Shown here: one piece after another, positions 27,613 to 37,759 of the stretch
Layout of the letters: each line of letters starts with the position of its first letter
How positions within the stretch are numbered: the stretch's first letter is position 1
Assembly (NCBI GenBank): GCA_965223905.1
Contig: CBDCXV010000010.1
Span: forward strand, 1,696,001 to 1,760,000
DNA: 64,000 nt
Direction: 5' to 3'
Source of the DNA: Candidatus Latescibacterota bacterium
GTDB taxonomy: Bacteria > Latescibacterota > UBA2968 > UBA8231
Notes under the pieces: model-generated
What the model was told of the DNA's origin: nothing
What the model saw: only the letters and a program-made list of their open reading frames with translations
Database searches by the model: none
Made by a program: the position numbers and the translations under genes

Positions 27613-28740
27613 TCAGGCCGGCGGTTTCTCGATGTCGGCGCCGGGCGGACGCCAGCGCCGCCCCAGGAACCTGACGGCGCGCCCCTGCCCCGATCCGCCG
27701 GTTTCATCCCCCGGCCAGATAGCTGTCAACCGCCCTGGCCAGGCGCTCCGCTCCGCCAGGGCCGCTGCCGCCCGCTCGATATTCCCCTCCTCACCGGGCC
27801 GGATGGGCAGCTCGACCCCGTAGCTGCCCTCGTGGAACACCCTGCTGTCGGTCTCGAGGTCGATCAACCCCACCTTGGCAACGAAAAACCGTATCATCCA
27901 CTCTTCGATCTCCGTCTGCCCGGGATTCGAGAGGTCGTACCTGTAGCGGACCTCGAGGCGGTAGTCGGGCTGCAGGCGGTTGCCGGCAGCGGCGACCGCC
28001 CACTTCACCTTCCCCGACCTGGGAAGCGCTTCGACCAAGGCGCCCTTCACCGCGGCGAACAGCTCATTCGACTTGTCGAGGACCTCCTGGGGCGTGCCGA
28101 CTCCGAAGAATATGTAGTAGTTGTTGTCCGGTTCCTCCAGAAGGTGCGCCCGCAGGGCCTCCAGCCGGTCCTCGGGGTCCTCGCGGGGGCTGTCCCCGTG
28201 CAGGAGGAACGGCCTGGCGTCGACCAGGATCCCCACCTTCTTGCTGCCTGCGGGCCGAGCCGGGGAGGCACGGCGCGACGGATCGCCGATAAGGCCAAGC
28301 AGCAGCGCCTGTCCGTCGTAAGCGAGCCGCGCCCTGCGGCCCGCCTTGTCGATCGCCGCATCCAGCGACCTGCTCCCCTCCTCCTCGAGCAGCTTGCGCG
28401 ACTCCTTCAGCAGGTGCTTGAGGAAGTCGGCCGCCTCTCTTTCCTCAACCCCTTCCGGCCGCGCCGCCAGCAGCGTTTTCCAGGCCCCGTTCTTCCCCTT
28501 GCGCCGGGCCTCGAGGCTGTCGGTCAGGGCCAGCAGTTTGCTCCGCACCTCCGCCGCCTCCATGCCGGTAAGGGCGCTCAGCTCTTTCAGGAAGTCGGCG
28601 GAGCGGCCCATTTTCGGAGCGTTGAGCCGCGCGTGCCCGACAGTGAGAAGCTGCGTATCGAAGCTCGGCGTATCGGCGGCCGACGCCGGGGCGGTCAGCA
28701 GAAACCCCAGCGCCAGGCAAGCCATCGGTGGCGTCATCAT
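27613..28740 (-). CDS. Hypothetical secreted protein
   Basis: Signal-peptide-like 'ACLALGFLLTAPASAA'; high GC3. Confidence 0.55.
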   Translation of the reverse strand: MMTPPMACLALGFLLTAPASAADTPSFDTQLLTVGHARLNAPKMGRSADFLKELSALTGMEAAEVRSKLLALTDSLEARRKGKNGAWKTLLAARPEGVEEREAADFLKHLLKESRKLLEEEGSRSLDAAIDKAGRRARLAYDGQALLLGLIGDPSRRASPARPAGSKKVGILVDARPFLLHGDSPREDPEDRLEALRAHLLEEPDNNYYIFFGVGTPQEVLDKSNELFAAVKGALVEALPRSGKVKWAVAAAGNRLQPDYRLEVRYRYDLSNPGQTEIEEWMIRFFVAKVGLIDLETDSRVFHEGSYGVELPIRPGEEGNIERAAAALAERSAWPGRLTAIWPGDETGGSGQGRAVRFLGRRWRPPGADIEKPPA

Positions 28741-28908
28741 CCCGCGTCTTTTGGCGGCGCCGGGCCGGCAACCAGGATCCCGGGATTCCATGCCTGTCGT
28801 CTGCCTTTCTGTGGCTGTGAACGCATTCGCTTCATGTTCATTGGCGACCGGTAACCGGCCTTGCATCCCCCGTCCCTGCAGAACCGCGGGCATTCCCGAC
28901 GCCGATCC

Positions 28909-30060
28909 TCAACGGGACGGGGTGCGAGCCTGCAGCCGCAGTTGCGGCTGCCATTCCCCGGAATCGCGGGAAAACCGCTCCGCGTCCGCGTCCGGCATCT
29001 CCCCCACCAGATCACTCTGCGGCTTCTCGTCATAACGGGCGCATACCGAACCTTTCTCGCAGGAGATCGAGATGATGTCGTTGAGGATCAGGTCCTGCTC
29101 CTGCGAGGTCACCACCGGGAAGAGGTAGTTCCGGTTCACATGTTTCATCCGCCCTCCTTCTTCCGCCCTCCTCCTGGTGAACTCGACGTGCCGAAGAAGC
29201 CGTCCCCGCGTGTACTCGTTCGCGAATCCCGCCAGGGAGCGGAGCATGTTCTCCGCTGTCGCGAGAAGCCCCCGGTCGATCTCGACGGCGACCGAGCTCC
29301 TCCCGGCCGCCATCGCCGCGGCCGCGGTCATGCCGGTGCCGGAGAAGGGATCGAGCACCACGTCCCCCTTGATCGAGTGCATGCAGACCAGCCTGTAGGC
29401 CAGCTCGAAGGGGAAGGCGGCGCTGCGTTCCCGCGAGGCCGGATCGACCAGCTTCTGCCCGGCCCCCGGGAGGTCGAACCAGACGTCGGAAAACCAGGAG
29501 TTCCTCTCCTCCCAGAAAAAGGCGCTCTGCCGCCGCAGGGCCTTTTCCCCCGGCTCGGTGAACTGACGGCGCTTCCCCTTCCTGGCGATCAGGATGTACT
29601 CGTGCTCGTAGGTGACGTAGGCGCCGGGAGGCAGCATTCCCGATCCCATGAACTTGGTCGGCGCGTTGGTCGGCTTGCGCCACAGGATGTCCGGCAGCGT
29701 CGCGAAGCCGAGCTGCGACAGCCCGGCGAGTACGCGCGAGTGGTTCGGGTAGAGGCGGAATTCCCCGGCGAGGGTGCGCGTCGCGTCGCCGATGTTTATG
29801 CAGGCGATCCCCCCGGGCCGCAGGACGCGATGGACCTCGCGCCAGGCGGCGTCGAGGTGGTCGTGCATCGACGCGAAGGCGCGGTCTCCGGCCGCGGCAG
29901 CGAGCGCTTCCCCGACCCCTTCCACCTGCTGACGGAAGAGCCCGTCCCACATCTCGATCATCGGGTACGGCGGCGAGGTGACCACGAGGTCGACCGATTC
30001 GTCCGCCACCTCATCCATGCCGATGGCATCGCCGCAAATCAGCCTGGCGGTTGTTTTCAC
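28909..30060 (-). CDS. Orphan N4/N6 DNA methyltransferase (beta class)
   Basis: Motif IV 'VVTSPPY' precedes motif I 'VLDPFSGTG'; no adjacent REase. Confidence 0.88.
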   Translation of the reverse strand: MKTTARLICGDAIGMDEVADESVDLVVTSPPYPMIEMWDGLFRQQVEGVGEALAAAAGDRAFASMHDHLDAAWREVHRVLRPGGIACINIGDATRTLAGEFRLYPNHSRVLAGLSQLGFATLPDILWRKPTNAPTKFMGSGMLPPGAYVTYEHEYILIARKGKRRQFTEPGEKALRRQSAFFWEERNSWFSDVWFDLPGAGQKLVDPASRERSAAFPFELAYRLVCMHSIKGDVVLDPFSGTGMTAAAAMAAGRSSVAVEIDRGLLATAENMLRSLAGFANEYTRGRLLRHVEFTRRRAEEGGRMKHVNRNYLFPVVTSQEQDLILNDIISISCEKGSVCARYDEKPQSDLVGEMPDADAERFSRDSGEWQPQLRLQARTPSR

Positions 30061-30204
30061 GATCCCTGCTTCTGCGGGAGAAGGGGGCGCAAAGATCCGG
30101 TTTCACCCCTTGCCCCTGCTCTTGACGGACCCCCTTGCATCTCTTTCTTCATTCCGATATGCGCGATTTTCGCGCAAAGATAGCCATCCCCCAGGAGGAC
30201 AACC

Positions 30205-30861
30205 ATGACACTGAGAATCAACGACGAGGCGCCCGACTTCACCGCGGAAACCACGGAGGGAACCATCGACTTCCACGAGTGGATCGGCGACGGCTGGGCC
30301 ATCCTGTTTTCCCACCCCAAGGACTTCACCCCGGTCTGCACCACCGAGCTGGGAACCGTGGCCGGCCTCAAGCCGGAGTTCGAGAAGCGCAACTGCAAGG
30401 TCCTCGGGATCAGCGTCGACGGCGTCAGCGACCACGAGGAGTGGTCGAAGGACATCGAAGCTTCGCAGGGCCACGCGATCAACTACCCGCTGGTCGGCGA
30501 CCCGGAGCTGGAGGTCGTGAAAGCCTACGACATGCTGCCCGCCGACGCCGGCGACACCTCCGAGGGGCGCACCCCGATGGACAACGCCACCGCGAGATCG
30601 GTGTTCGTCATCGGCCCCGACAAGAAGATCAAGGCGACGATCACCTATCCGATGAGCACGGGCCGCAACTTCGAGGAGATCCTGCGCCTGCTCGACTCCT
30701 GCCAGCTGACCGCGACCAAGAAGGTGGCGACCCCCGCCAACTGGCAGCAGGGAAGGGACGTGATCATCGTGCCGGCGGTGTCCGACGAGGAGGCGAAGGA
30801 GACCTACCCCGACGGTTGGGAGACCCCGCTTCCGTACATCCGCATCGTTCCCCAGCCGTAG
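30205..30861 (+). CDS. 1-Cys peroxiredoxin (Prx6)
   Basis: 'FSHPKDFTPVCTTE', 'YPMSTGRNF', 'ATPANW'. Confidence 0.95.
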   Translation: MTLRINDEAPDFTAETTEGTIDFHEWIGDGWAILFSHPKDFTPVCTTELGTVAGLKPEFEKRNCKVLGISVDGVSDHEEWSKDIEASQGHAINYPLVGDPELEVVKAYDMLPADAGDTSEGRTPMDNATARSVFVIGPDKKIKATITYPMSTGRNFEEILRLLDSCQLTATKKVATPANWQQGRDVIIVPAVSDEEAKETYPDGWETPLPYIRIVPQP

Positions 30862-31133
30862 CGCCGGGCGGGCATTCCGCATTGGTCCGGCCCTCGCATC
30901 CCTCCCGGCGCCAGATTCCCTGCCCGGACGCATGCCCGGGCACCGGCAGCCGGCTGGGCCGTCGCGCCCGTTTCGGGGCCGCTTTCCTGCCCGGACAGGT
31001 GCCATGCTGCCGGCAGACGGCCTGCCCACCGGCCTGAATCACCGGGCCTGAAACGACAGCCGCGTCTCTCCCGGGTGCCGCTCAATGGAGCGGGCCTGCG
31101 GGGGACGCGGCATTTTTCTGTACGGATGCGGCC

Positions 31134-31925
31134 TCAGCTGCCGGTCGAGCGGTAGCGGCGGACCCCGAACCCCCAGACCCGCAGGCAGACGAGCAGGAAC
31201 AGCGGGCCCGCGGCCGGCGCCAGCCAGCGCAACGCCCCGGCCCCGTCGTCGATCTCCAGGAGCGCCAGCACCGGGTAGTAGCTGACGCAGGCCAGCGGCA
31301 CGACGCCGGTGAAGAAACGGCGGAACCACTTCCGGTAGATCGACAGCGGATACTGGGCGGCGAACACGCCGCCGTTGGTCAGCGCGTTCATCGCCTCCAG
31401 CCCCTCGATGGTCCAGAAACAGAGCGTCGCCTGCAGGATCATGATGCCGCTGAACAGGCAGACGCCCCCGGCGACGGCCGCGGCGAGCAGCAGCATCTTC
31501 TGCGGCGACCAGGCGAGCTGCAGCTCCGCGGCCGCCCAGGCCAGCACCATCGCTCCCTGAAGCAGGCGGCCGGCCCGCCGCAGCTGGAACTCGTGGCCGA
31601 CCAGCTGCAGCACCGTGCCGCGCGGCCGCAGCAGGACGCGGTCGAACTCGCCGCTCCGTACCAGCAGGGCGAAGCTGTCGAAGCCTCTCACCACCGCCTC
31701 GGAGAGCGCGAACGACAGGTTGACGACGCCGTAGAACAGCCCGACCTCCCAGAGGGACCAGCCGCGCAGCTGGCCGAAGCGGTCGAACAGCATCCAGACC
31801 GTGGCGAACTCCAGGGCAGTGGTGAAGAAGTGGCCCGCCGCCGTCATCGCGAACGAAGCGCGGTACTGCATCTGGCCGCGCAGCGAGACGGCGAGGTAGC
31901 GGCCGTAGAGCGACAGCGTGTCCAT
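31134..31925 (-). CDS. ABC-2 family permease (DUF990-type)
   Basis: 'MQYRASF', 'GWSL.EV', 'GEFDRVLLRP', 'YPLSIY', 'YRSTGS'. Confidence 0.88.
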   Translation of the reverse strand: MDTLSLYGRYLAVSLRGQMQYRASFAMTAAGHFFTTALEFATVWMLFDRFGQLRGWSLWEVGLFYGVVNLSFALSEAVVRGFDSFALLVRSGEFDRVLLRPRGTVLQLVGHEFQLRRAGRLLQGAMVLAWAAAELQLAWSPQKMLLLAAAVAGGVCLFSGIMILQATLCFWTIEGLEAMNALTNGGVFAAQYPLSIYRKWFRRFFTGVVPLACVSYYPVLALLEIDDGAGALRWLAPAAGPLFLLVCLRVWGFGVRRYRSTGS

Positions 31926-31984
31926 GGGCGGGACGATACGGTCGATGCCGCCGCGGGTCCGCGGAAAGGCTCGGGGCAAGCGGT

Positions 31985-32776
31985 TCAGCCTCCCTGCACG
32001 ACGAGCCGCCGCGTGCCGCGGGCCAGGGCCCGGCGCCCGGCGAGCACCAGGACCGCGATCCATGCGAGCTGGTGCAGGAACAGCGGCAGGCACTCTTCCA
32101 CCGGAACATGCCCCAGGTACAGGCGGAAGGGGATGTCGATCAGCCCGCGGAAAGGCAGCCACTCGGAGAGCAGCTCGATCCAGTCCGGCATCAGGGGGAG
32201 CGGCAGGTACTGCCCGGAGAAGAAGCCGGCGATCCCGGGCATGATGTAGAGGATGCCCTCCCCCGAGATCGTCCACATCAGGGTGACCGCCATCAGGGTG
32301 GTGATGGCGCTCGCCAGCAGCAGGGCGCAGAAGGTCGCCGCGGCCCAGGCGAGGCCGGCGGCCGCGGTGGGCGGCGGCTCGAGCCCGAGGAACAGCCCGG
32401 CGACGACGAATATCGGCAGCGAGCGCAGCAGCGTCGGGGCGGCGCGACGGGCGACGGAGCGGATGAACCACATGTTGTAGAGGTCGGCCGGGCGCAACAG
32501 CTCGTAGGCGACTCCCCCGGTGCGGATCCGCTCCCGGATTTCCGGGTCGATGTACCACGGCATCAGCCCCAGCATCGCTTGGCCGAGCCAGGTGTAGGTG
32601 GTTACCTCGCGGAGGGTCATCGGCATCGGCGCCGAAGCCGAGGCGTAGAACGCCTCGTACACCATGACGATCACGAACCCGAAGAACAGCTGCGCCGTCA
32701 GGCCGGCCAGGGCCGCGGCGCGGTACTGCAGCAGGGTCCGCAGCTGGGCGCTGAGCAGGGCCCTGTACGCGCTCAC
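31985..32776 (-). CDS. ABC-2 family permease
   Basis: 'LQYR', 'IRTGGVAYELLRP', 'LPF', 'LVVQGG' end; GTG overlaps the ATPase stop. Confidence 0.88.
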   Translation of the reverse strand: MSAYRALLSAQLRTLLQYRAAALAGLTAQLFFGFVIVMVYEAFYASASAPMPMTLREVTTYTWLGQAMLGLMPWYIDPEIRERIRTGGVAYELLRPADLYNMWFIRSVARRAAPTLLRSLPIFVVAGLFLGLEPPPTAAAGLAWAAATFCALLLASAITTLMAVTLMWTISGEGILYIMPGIAGFFSGQYLPLPLMPDWIELLSEWLPFRGLIDIPFRLYLGHVPVEECLPLFLHQLAWIAVLVLAGRRALARGTRRLVVQGG

Positions 32777-33756
32777 ATACCCTCCTGCCCGTACAGCTGC
32801 GCGACGATCTCCTCGATGGGCGGGTTCTCGACGAACAGGTCGCGCACCGCGTGGCTTGCGGCGATGCGGGTTATCAGCTCGGCGGTCGGGGTGCGGGCCG
32901 GGTCGTACCCCAGGTGCCAGCGGTGCCCCTCCCGGCGCACCACCCGCGCCTCCCTTTCCCCGATGGAGTCGCACCCCTCCTCGAGGTCGACGACGAGGCG
33001 GCGCTCGGGGGAGACCCGCGACCGCAGCGCCGCCACGGTTCCGTCCATGAGAATGCGGCCCCGGCCGATCACCATCACCCGCGAGCACAGGGCTTCGACG
33101 TCGTCCATGTCGTGGGTGGTCAGGATCACCGTGGTGCCGCGCTCGCGGTTCAGGCGCCTGACGAAGTCGCGCACCGCGAGCTTGGAGACCGCGTCCAGGC
33201 CGATGGTCGGCTCGTCGAGGAACAGCAGCGCCGGCTCGTGCAGCAGCGCCGCGGCGAGGTCGCAGCGCATCCGCTGCCCCAGGCTGAGCTGGCGTACCGG
33301 CACGTCGAGGAGCGGCTCGATGTCGAGCACCGCCACCAGCTCCTCCAGGCAGCGCCGGTACGCCCCTTCCTCCACCTTGTAGATATGCCGCAGCAGGTCG
33401 AACGACTCGACGACCGGCAGGTCCCACCAGAGCTGGGTGCGCTGCCCGAACACCACCCCGATGCCGGCGACGTGGGCGGTGCGCTGCCGCCACGGCACCC
33501 GCCCGGCGATCTCGCAGCGCCCGGAGTCGGGGACGACGATGCCGGACAGCAGCTTCACCGTCGTCGACTTGCCGGCCCCGTTCGGCCCGATGTACCCCAC
33601 CAGCTCCCCCGCTTCAAGCGAGAAGGAGACCCGGTCGAGCGCGCGCACGGTGCGGTGCCGCCTGCGGGCGATGCCGCGGACCGCGCCCCACAGTCCCGGC
33701 CGCCGTTCCGCCACGCGGTAGGTCTTGACCAGTTCCTCCGCGACGACGAGAGGCAT
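32773..33756 (-). CDS. ABC transporter ATP-binding protein
   Basis: 'GPNGAGKST', 'LSLGQ', 'LFLDEPTIGLD', 'TTH'. Confidence 0.92.
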   Translation of the reverse strand: MPLVVAEELVKTYRVAERRPGLWGAVRGIARRRHRTVRALDRVSFSLEAGELVGYIGPNGAGKSTTVKLLSGIVVPDSGRCEIAGRVPWRQRTAHVAGIGVVFGQRTQLWWDLPVVESFDLLRHIYKVEEGAYRRCLEELVAVLDIEPLLDVPVRQLSLGQRMRCDLAAALLHEPALLFLDEPTIGLDAVSKLAVRDFVRRLNRERGTTVILTTHDMDDVEALCSRVMVIGRGRILMDGTVAALRSRVSPERRLVVDLEEGCDSIGEREARVVRREGHRWHLGYDPARTPTAELITRIAASHAVRDLFVENPPIEEIVAQLYGQEGM

Positions 33757-33764
33757 TCCCTCCT

Positions 33765-33965
33765 TCACACGCCCGCGGCCCCCGAACCGCCCCTGCCCGC
33801 ATCGCGGCCTCTCCGCCGTCTCGCCGCGGGAGTGAGGATCCCGTAGGTGCGGCACAACCGGGAGAAACTCTGCGGCGCGATACCGAGCGCCATCCCCGCA
33901 TCCTTGCTCGTGCGGTAGATCCTCGCCGCCAGCTCGATCCGTTCCCGCTCGACCTGGGAAACCAT
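33765..33965 (-). CDS. Small HTH-like protein (66 aa)
   Basis: 'AARIYRTSKDAGMALGIAPQSFSRLCRTYGI' Fis/HTH-like; upstream of the ABC operon. Confidence 0.55.
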   Translation of the reverse strand: MVSQVERERIELAARIYRTSKDAGMALGIAPQSFSRLCRTYGILTPAARRRRGRDAGRGGSGAAGV

Positions 33966-34359
33966 CAGTAATTACAGACAGTTACGCGGTCTGACCCTGC
34001 CGCAGCTCGCCACCCGGGCCGGGGTTTCCAAGGCCTTTCTCTGGGAGATCGAGAGCGGCAACAGCAAGCGGCCGGGGGCGGAAACCCTGTGGAAAATCGC
34101 CGAAGCCCTCGGGGTCACGATCGCCGATCTCATGGGTAAGAAACCGCCCGAGAATGCCGTGACGTCGATTCAACCGGAGGTGAACGAGGGGCTGCGCGCC
34201 TTCATAAACGAGCGCAAGCGGCTCGGCTCCCCCCTGGAACCGGAGGAGATCGAGTCGCTGTCCGTGGTGCAGTTGAAAGGCGGGAGACCGGCCACCAAGG
34301 AGCAGTGGGCCCTGGTCTACGGCATCCTCAAAGAGACCACCGGCGGCCGCCATGGCTGA
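33964..34359 (+). pseudogene. XRE-family HTH regulator lacking its start codon
   Basis: ISNYRQLRGLTLPQLATRAGVSKAFLWEIESG..KRPGAETLWKIAEALGVTIADL; no in-frame ATG/GTG/TTG back to TAG at 33916. Confidence 0.7.
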
Positions 34360-35263
34360 GACGCCGGACTCCTCAGTGGCGGACGCCGCCAGTTCCCCGC
34401 CCTCGAGTCGGGAGCAGGCAGAAGAGCTGGCCGCCCTGGCCACGGTCCGCGCCAGGGCCAGCGCCGCCTTGGCCGAGGCGGACGACCTGCTGCGCCGCGT
34501 CGATCCGGCCTGGTCGCCGCCGCCGTACGACCCGCTGCTGGTGGCCCAGGCCCTGGGGATTCGCTGCGTCAGGATGGACTCCCCGTCCGCCTCCCGCCCT
34601 GCCCTGCTCTGCCGGCACCGGGACAGGCCGACGATCCTCTACCGCGACGGCTCGGAGGCGCGCACCCGTTTCAATCTCTTCCACGAAATAGCCCACACCC
34701 TGTTTCCGGATTTCCACGAGAATCCCCTGTTGAGCCGGCGGCGGCCCCGGCTGTTCGAACCGGAGGGACGGCTGGAGAAACTGTGCGACGCCGCGGCCCT
34801 CGAATTCATGATGCCTGCCGATCTCTTCGAGGCCGACCTGGTCGAGGGCGGCTTCGGGGCTGAAAGGGTGGCGGACCTGTGCGCCCGTTACGGCGTCTGG
34901 CCCGAAGCGGTCTGCCTGCGCATGGTCGCGTCCGACCTCGAGTGCTGTGGGCTGGCCCGGTTCGAGTGCGCCCCCGGTCCGCGGCGGCGGCATCCCCTGC
35001 AGCCGGGACCAACCCTGGCAATGCGGTATTTCGTCGCCTCCGCTTCCTTCCAGGACCGCGGGCTGGCCGTTTCGCGGCGGCTCGACCTCGACCGCAGCCA
35101 CCCCCTTCACGTCGCCTCGCGCTCGAAAAAACCGGCGGCCGCGGAGCTGCAGATCCCCCTGCTTTCGGGGGACCTCCACCCTTTCCTGGTCGAAGCCCTG
35201 CCGTTGCCAGGCAGACGGCGGCACGGGTACAGTCCCGCGGCGGGGTTCTTCTACCCCACCTGA
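34352..35263 (+). CDS. ImmA/IrrE-family metallopeptidase (CapP/IrrE-like)
   Basis: 'RTRFNLFHEIAH', 'E.LCD.AALEFMMP', C-terminal GAF-like region; coupled to the XRE gene. Confidence 0.82.
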   Translation: MAETPDSSVADAASSPPSSREQAEELAALATVRARASAALAEADDLLRRVDPAWSPPPYDPLLVAQALGIRCVRMDSPSASRPALLCRHRDRPTILYRDGSEARTRFNLFHEIAHTLFPDFHENPLLSRRRPRLFEPEGRLEKLCDAAALEFMMPADLFEADLVEGGFGAERVADLCARYGVWPEAVCLRMVASDLECCGLARFECAPGPRRRHPLQPGPTLAMRYFVASASFQDRGLAVSRRLDLDRSHPLHVASRSKKPAAAELQIPLLSGDLHPFLVEALPLPGRRRHGYSPAAGFFYPT

Positions 35264-35513
35264 GTCCGCGCTGGACCGACTGATATCGGAGGATCCCGAT
35301 TCCGTCATCGGCATCTCCCGGATGATATGCGCGGAAGGAGACGCCAGCTGGAAACTCTGGCTGTTCGAGTTCGTCGATACCTTCCGCCTGGCTCCTTCGG
35401 AAGAGCTCGTGGCTCATCCGCCGGTCGGAGAAACCAGTGACCGGATCCGCGCGCTTCTCGCCTCGACGGTCGAAATGCTGTGCGCGGAACGCCGCATGCC
35501 GGTGCCGTGGTGA
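35264..35513 (+). pseudogene. Fragment of the antitoxin-like partner of a DUF6036 nucleotidyltransferase
   Basis: 'SWKLWLFEFVDTFR...PP....ALLASTVEMLC......PW'; lacks both N- and C-termini. Confidence 0.55.
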
Positions 35514-35988
35514 GGAATTGGGAAAGAGGGACGTAATCGGTGAGGTGGGGATCTGCGGCGGCGCGGTGATGTGCCTGGTCTTTCAGGCCCGGCGTGCCAC
35601 GAAAGACGTCGAAGCCATCTTCGAGCCCGCCGGCGAGATCAGGACCGCGGCAAAAGCTGTAGAGGCACGCCAGGGGGTTCCCGAGGACTGGTTGAACGAC
35701 GCCGCCAAGGCCTTTTTCCATGCCGACCCCCCGCGAGAAGACCTGTTCGATCTGCCGAACCTGCGCGTGTGGGCTCCGACGGCGGGATACATGCTGGCGA
35801 TGAAATGCATTGCAGCGCGCTTCGACAGCCACGACCTGGATGATGTGAAATTCCTGATCGAGTATCTGCACCTGCGGAAGCCGGACGACGTTTTCCGTAT
35901 CGTCGAGAGGTATTATCCGAAACGGATGATCCCGCCAACAACGCAATTCCTCATCGAGGAACTGCTTCCTGAACAGAAGGATTCGTGA
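35509..35988 (+). pseudogene. DUF6036 / AbiEii-like nucleotidyltransferase, N-terminally truncated
   Basis: 'ICGGAVM....RRATKDVEA', 'WLNDAAKAF', 'YMLAMK..A.R..HDLDD'. Confidence 0.7.
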
Positions 35989-36066
35989 GTTGCTTTGGCC
36001 TGCACCACCCTACACTTCGCGACAGGTCACCCAAGTGGCAGCTCGATTCGCGCCTTCCGGTGATGC

Positions 36067-37653
36067 GTGCTTGAAGCCGAAATCCCTGCAGCGCACCGTA
36101 TCGACAAGGAGGTCGACATCCACGACTACGACGCCATAATCCTCGGCGGCGGCCACAACGGCCTGGTGGCGGCCGGGTACCTCGCCGGCGCCGGACTCAG
36201 CGTCCTGCTGCTCGAGCGGCGCCACCTGCTCGGCGGGGCCTGCGTCACGGAGGAGCTGTTCCCGGGATACCGGTTCTCCGCCTGCTCCTACATCTGCTAC
36301 CTGCTGCAGGACCGGGTGATCGACGACCTCGAGCTCCGCGCCCACGGTTTCGACGTCTACCCCGCGGACCCGTCCCGCTTCTCCCCCTTTCCCGACGGCA
36401 GCCGCGTGCTGATCTGGGACGACCTCGAGCGCACCCGGGAGGAGATCGCCCGCGTCTCGCGGCGCGACGCCGAGCGCTTCCCGGAATGGCTCGCCTTCTG
36501 GCGCCGGGCCGCCTCCATCATCCATCCGTACTACCTCGGGGAGCCGCCGAGCCTCGACGGCATCCGCGCCGGGTTGCAGGGGTCGGACCGCTCCTTCTTC
36601 GAGCGCCTGCTGACGGTCAGCATGGGGGAGGTGTTGTGCGAGTTCTTCGAGTCGGAGCAGATGCGCGGGACCTACAGCCAGGCCCAGGACGTCGGCGACC
36701 TCGACGCCCCCGGCGGCGCCTGGTGCTACGCCCACATCAGGACCTCGGCCCTCAACCGGCCCGAGAACGTCGGCCTCGTGCACGGCGGCATGGGGGGAAT
36801 AACCCGGGCGATGGCGCGGTCCGCCCGCGGCCGGGGAGCGACCCTGAAGACCGGCGCCGAGGTCGACCGCATCCTCATCTCAGGAGGCCGCGCCTGCGGG
36901 GTGGCCCTGCGGGACGGCGGCGAATTCCGCAGCCGCGTCGTCCTCTCCAACGCCGACCCCAAACGCACCTTTCTCAAGCTCGTTCCCCAGGGCGGGATCG
37001 ACGCCGGTTTCCTCGACCGCGTCGCCCGCCTGAAGACCCGTGCAGCCTACCTCAAGTTCCACGCCGCGCTCAGCGGCCTCCCCGACTTTTCCGCGCACCT
37101 CGGCGACGGCTTCGATCCCCGCTGCCTCGCCGAGATCAAGATCTGCCCGTCGATGGACTACTACCGGAGCAGCTGGAACGACGCCTGCCGGGGGCGGCCG
37201 TCGCGGACCCCGGTGATGGAGGTGCAGATACCGTCGGTCTACGACGCGTCTATGGCGCCGCCCGGGCACCACGTGATGTCCGTATGGGTCAGCTACGCCC
37301 CGGTGACCCTTGCCGAGGGCACCTGGGACGAGCGGCGGCAGGAGGTCGGCGAGCAGCTGATCGACGCCCTGTGCCGGTACGCCCCGAACCTGCGCGACAT
37401 CCTCGTCGACTGGTCGCTGTTCACGCCGGTCGATATCGAGCGCCGCGTCGGCCTGACCGACGGCAACATCCGCCACCTCGACATCGTGCCGGGGCAGTTC
37501 TTCTCCGAGCGTCCGCTGGCAGGATGGGCAAACTACCGCACCCCGCTTCCGGGGCTCTACCTGTGCGGGGCCGGGACCCATCCGGGGGGAGAGGTCACCG
37601 GAGCCCCGGGGCACAACGCGGCAGCGGCGGTTCTGCGCGATCTGGGGGGATGA
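36067..37653 (+). CDS. Phytoene-dehydrogenase-like FAD oxidoreductase (PYROXD2-type)
   Basis: 'GGGHNGLVAA.YLA', 'GGA..TEE', 'GGMG', 'YLCGAGTHPGGEVTGAPGHNAA'; start may be ATC 36118. Confidence 0.9.
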   Translation: MLEAEIPAAHRIDKEVDIHDYDAIILGGGHNGLVAAGYLAGAGLSVLLLERRHLLGGACVTEELFPGYRFSACSYICYLLQDRVIDDLELRAHGFDVYPADPSRFSPFPDGSRVLIWDDLERTREEIARVSRRDAERFPEWLAFWRRAASIIHPYYLGEPPSLDGIRAGLQGSDRSFFERLLTVSMGEVLCEFFESEQMRGTYSQAQDVGDLDAPGGAWCYAHIRTSALNRPENVGLVHGGMGGITRAMARSARGRGATLKTGAEVDRILISGGRACGVALRDGGEFRSRVVLSNADPKRTFLKLVPQGGIDAGFLDRVARLKTRAAYLKFHAALSGLPDFSAHLGDGFDPRCLAEIKICPSMDYYRSSWNDACRGRPSRTPVMEVQIPSVYDASMAPPGHHVMSVWVSYAPVTLAEGTWDERRQEVGEQLIDALCRYAPNLRDILVDWSLFTPVDIERRVGLTDGNIRHLDIVPGQFFSERPLAGWANYRTPLPGLYLCGAGTHPGGEVTGAPGHNAAAAVLRDLGG

Positions 37654-37759
37654 GCGTGGGTGGGATTTCCGATTCGCCCCGGCGCACTTCTGCCGGGATC
37701 AACGGTGGGCATCCATCACCGCCCCCTGGCCACCCAACCGCAGCACGGTCGGTTCACGC

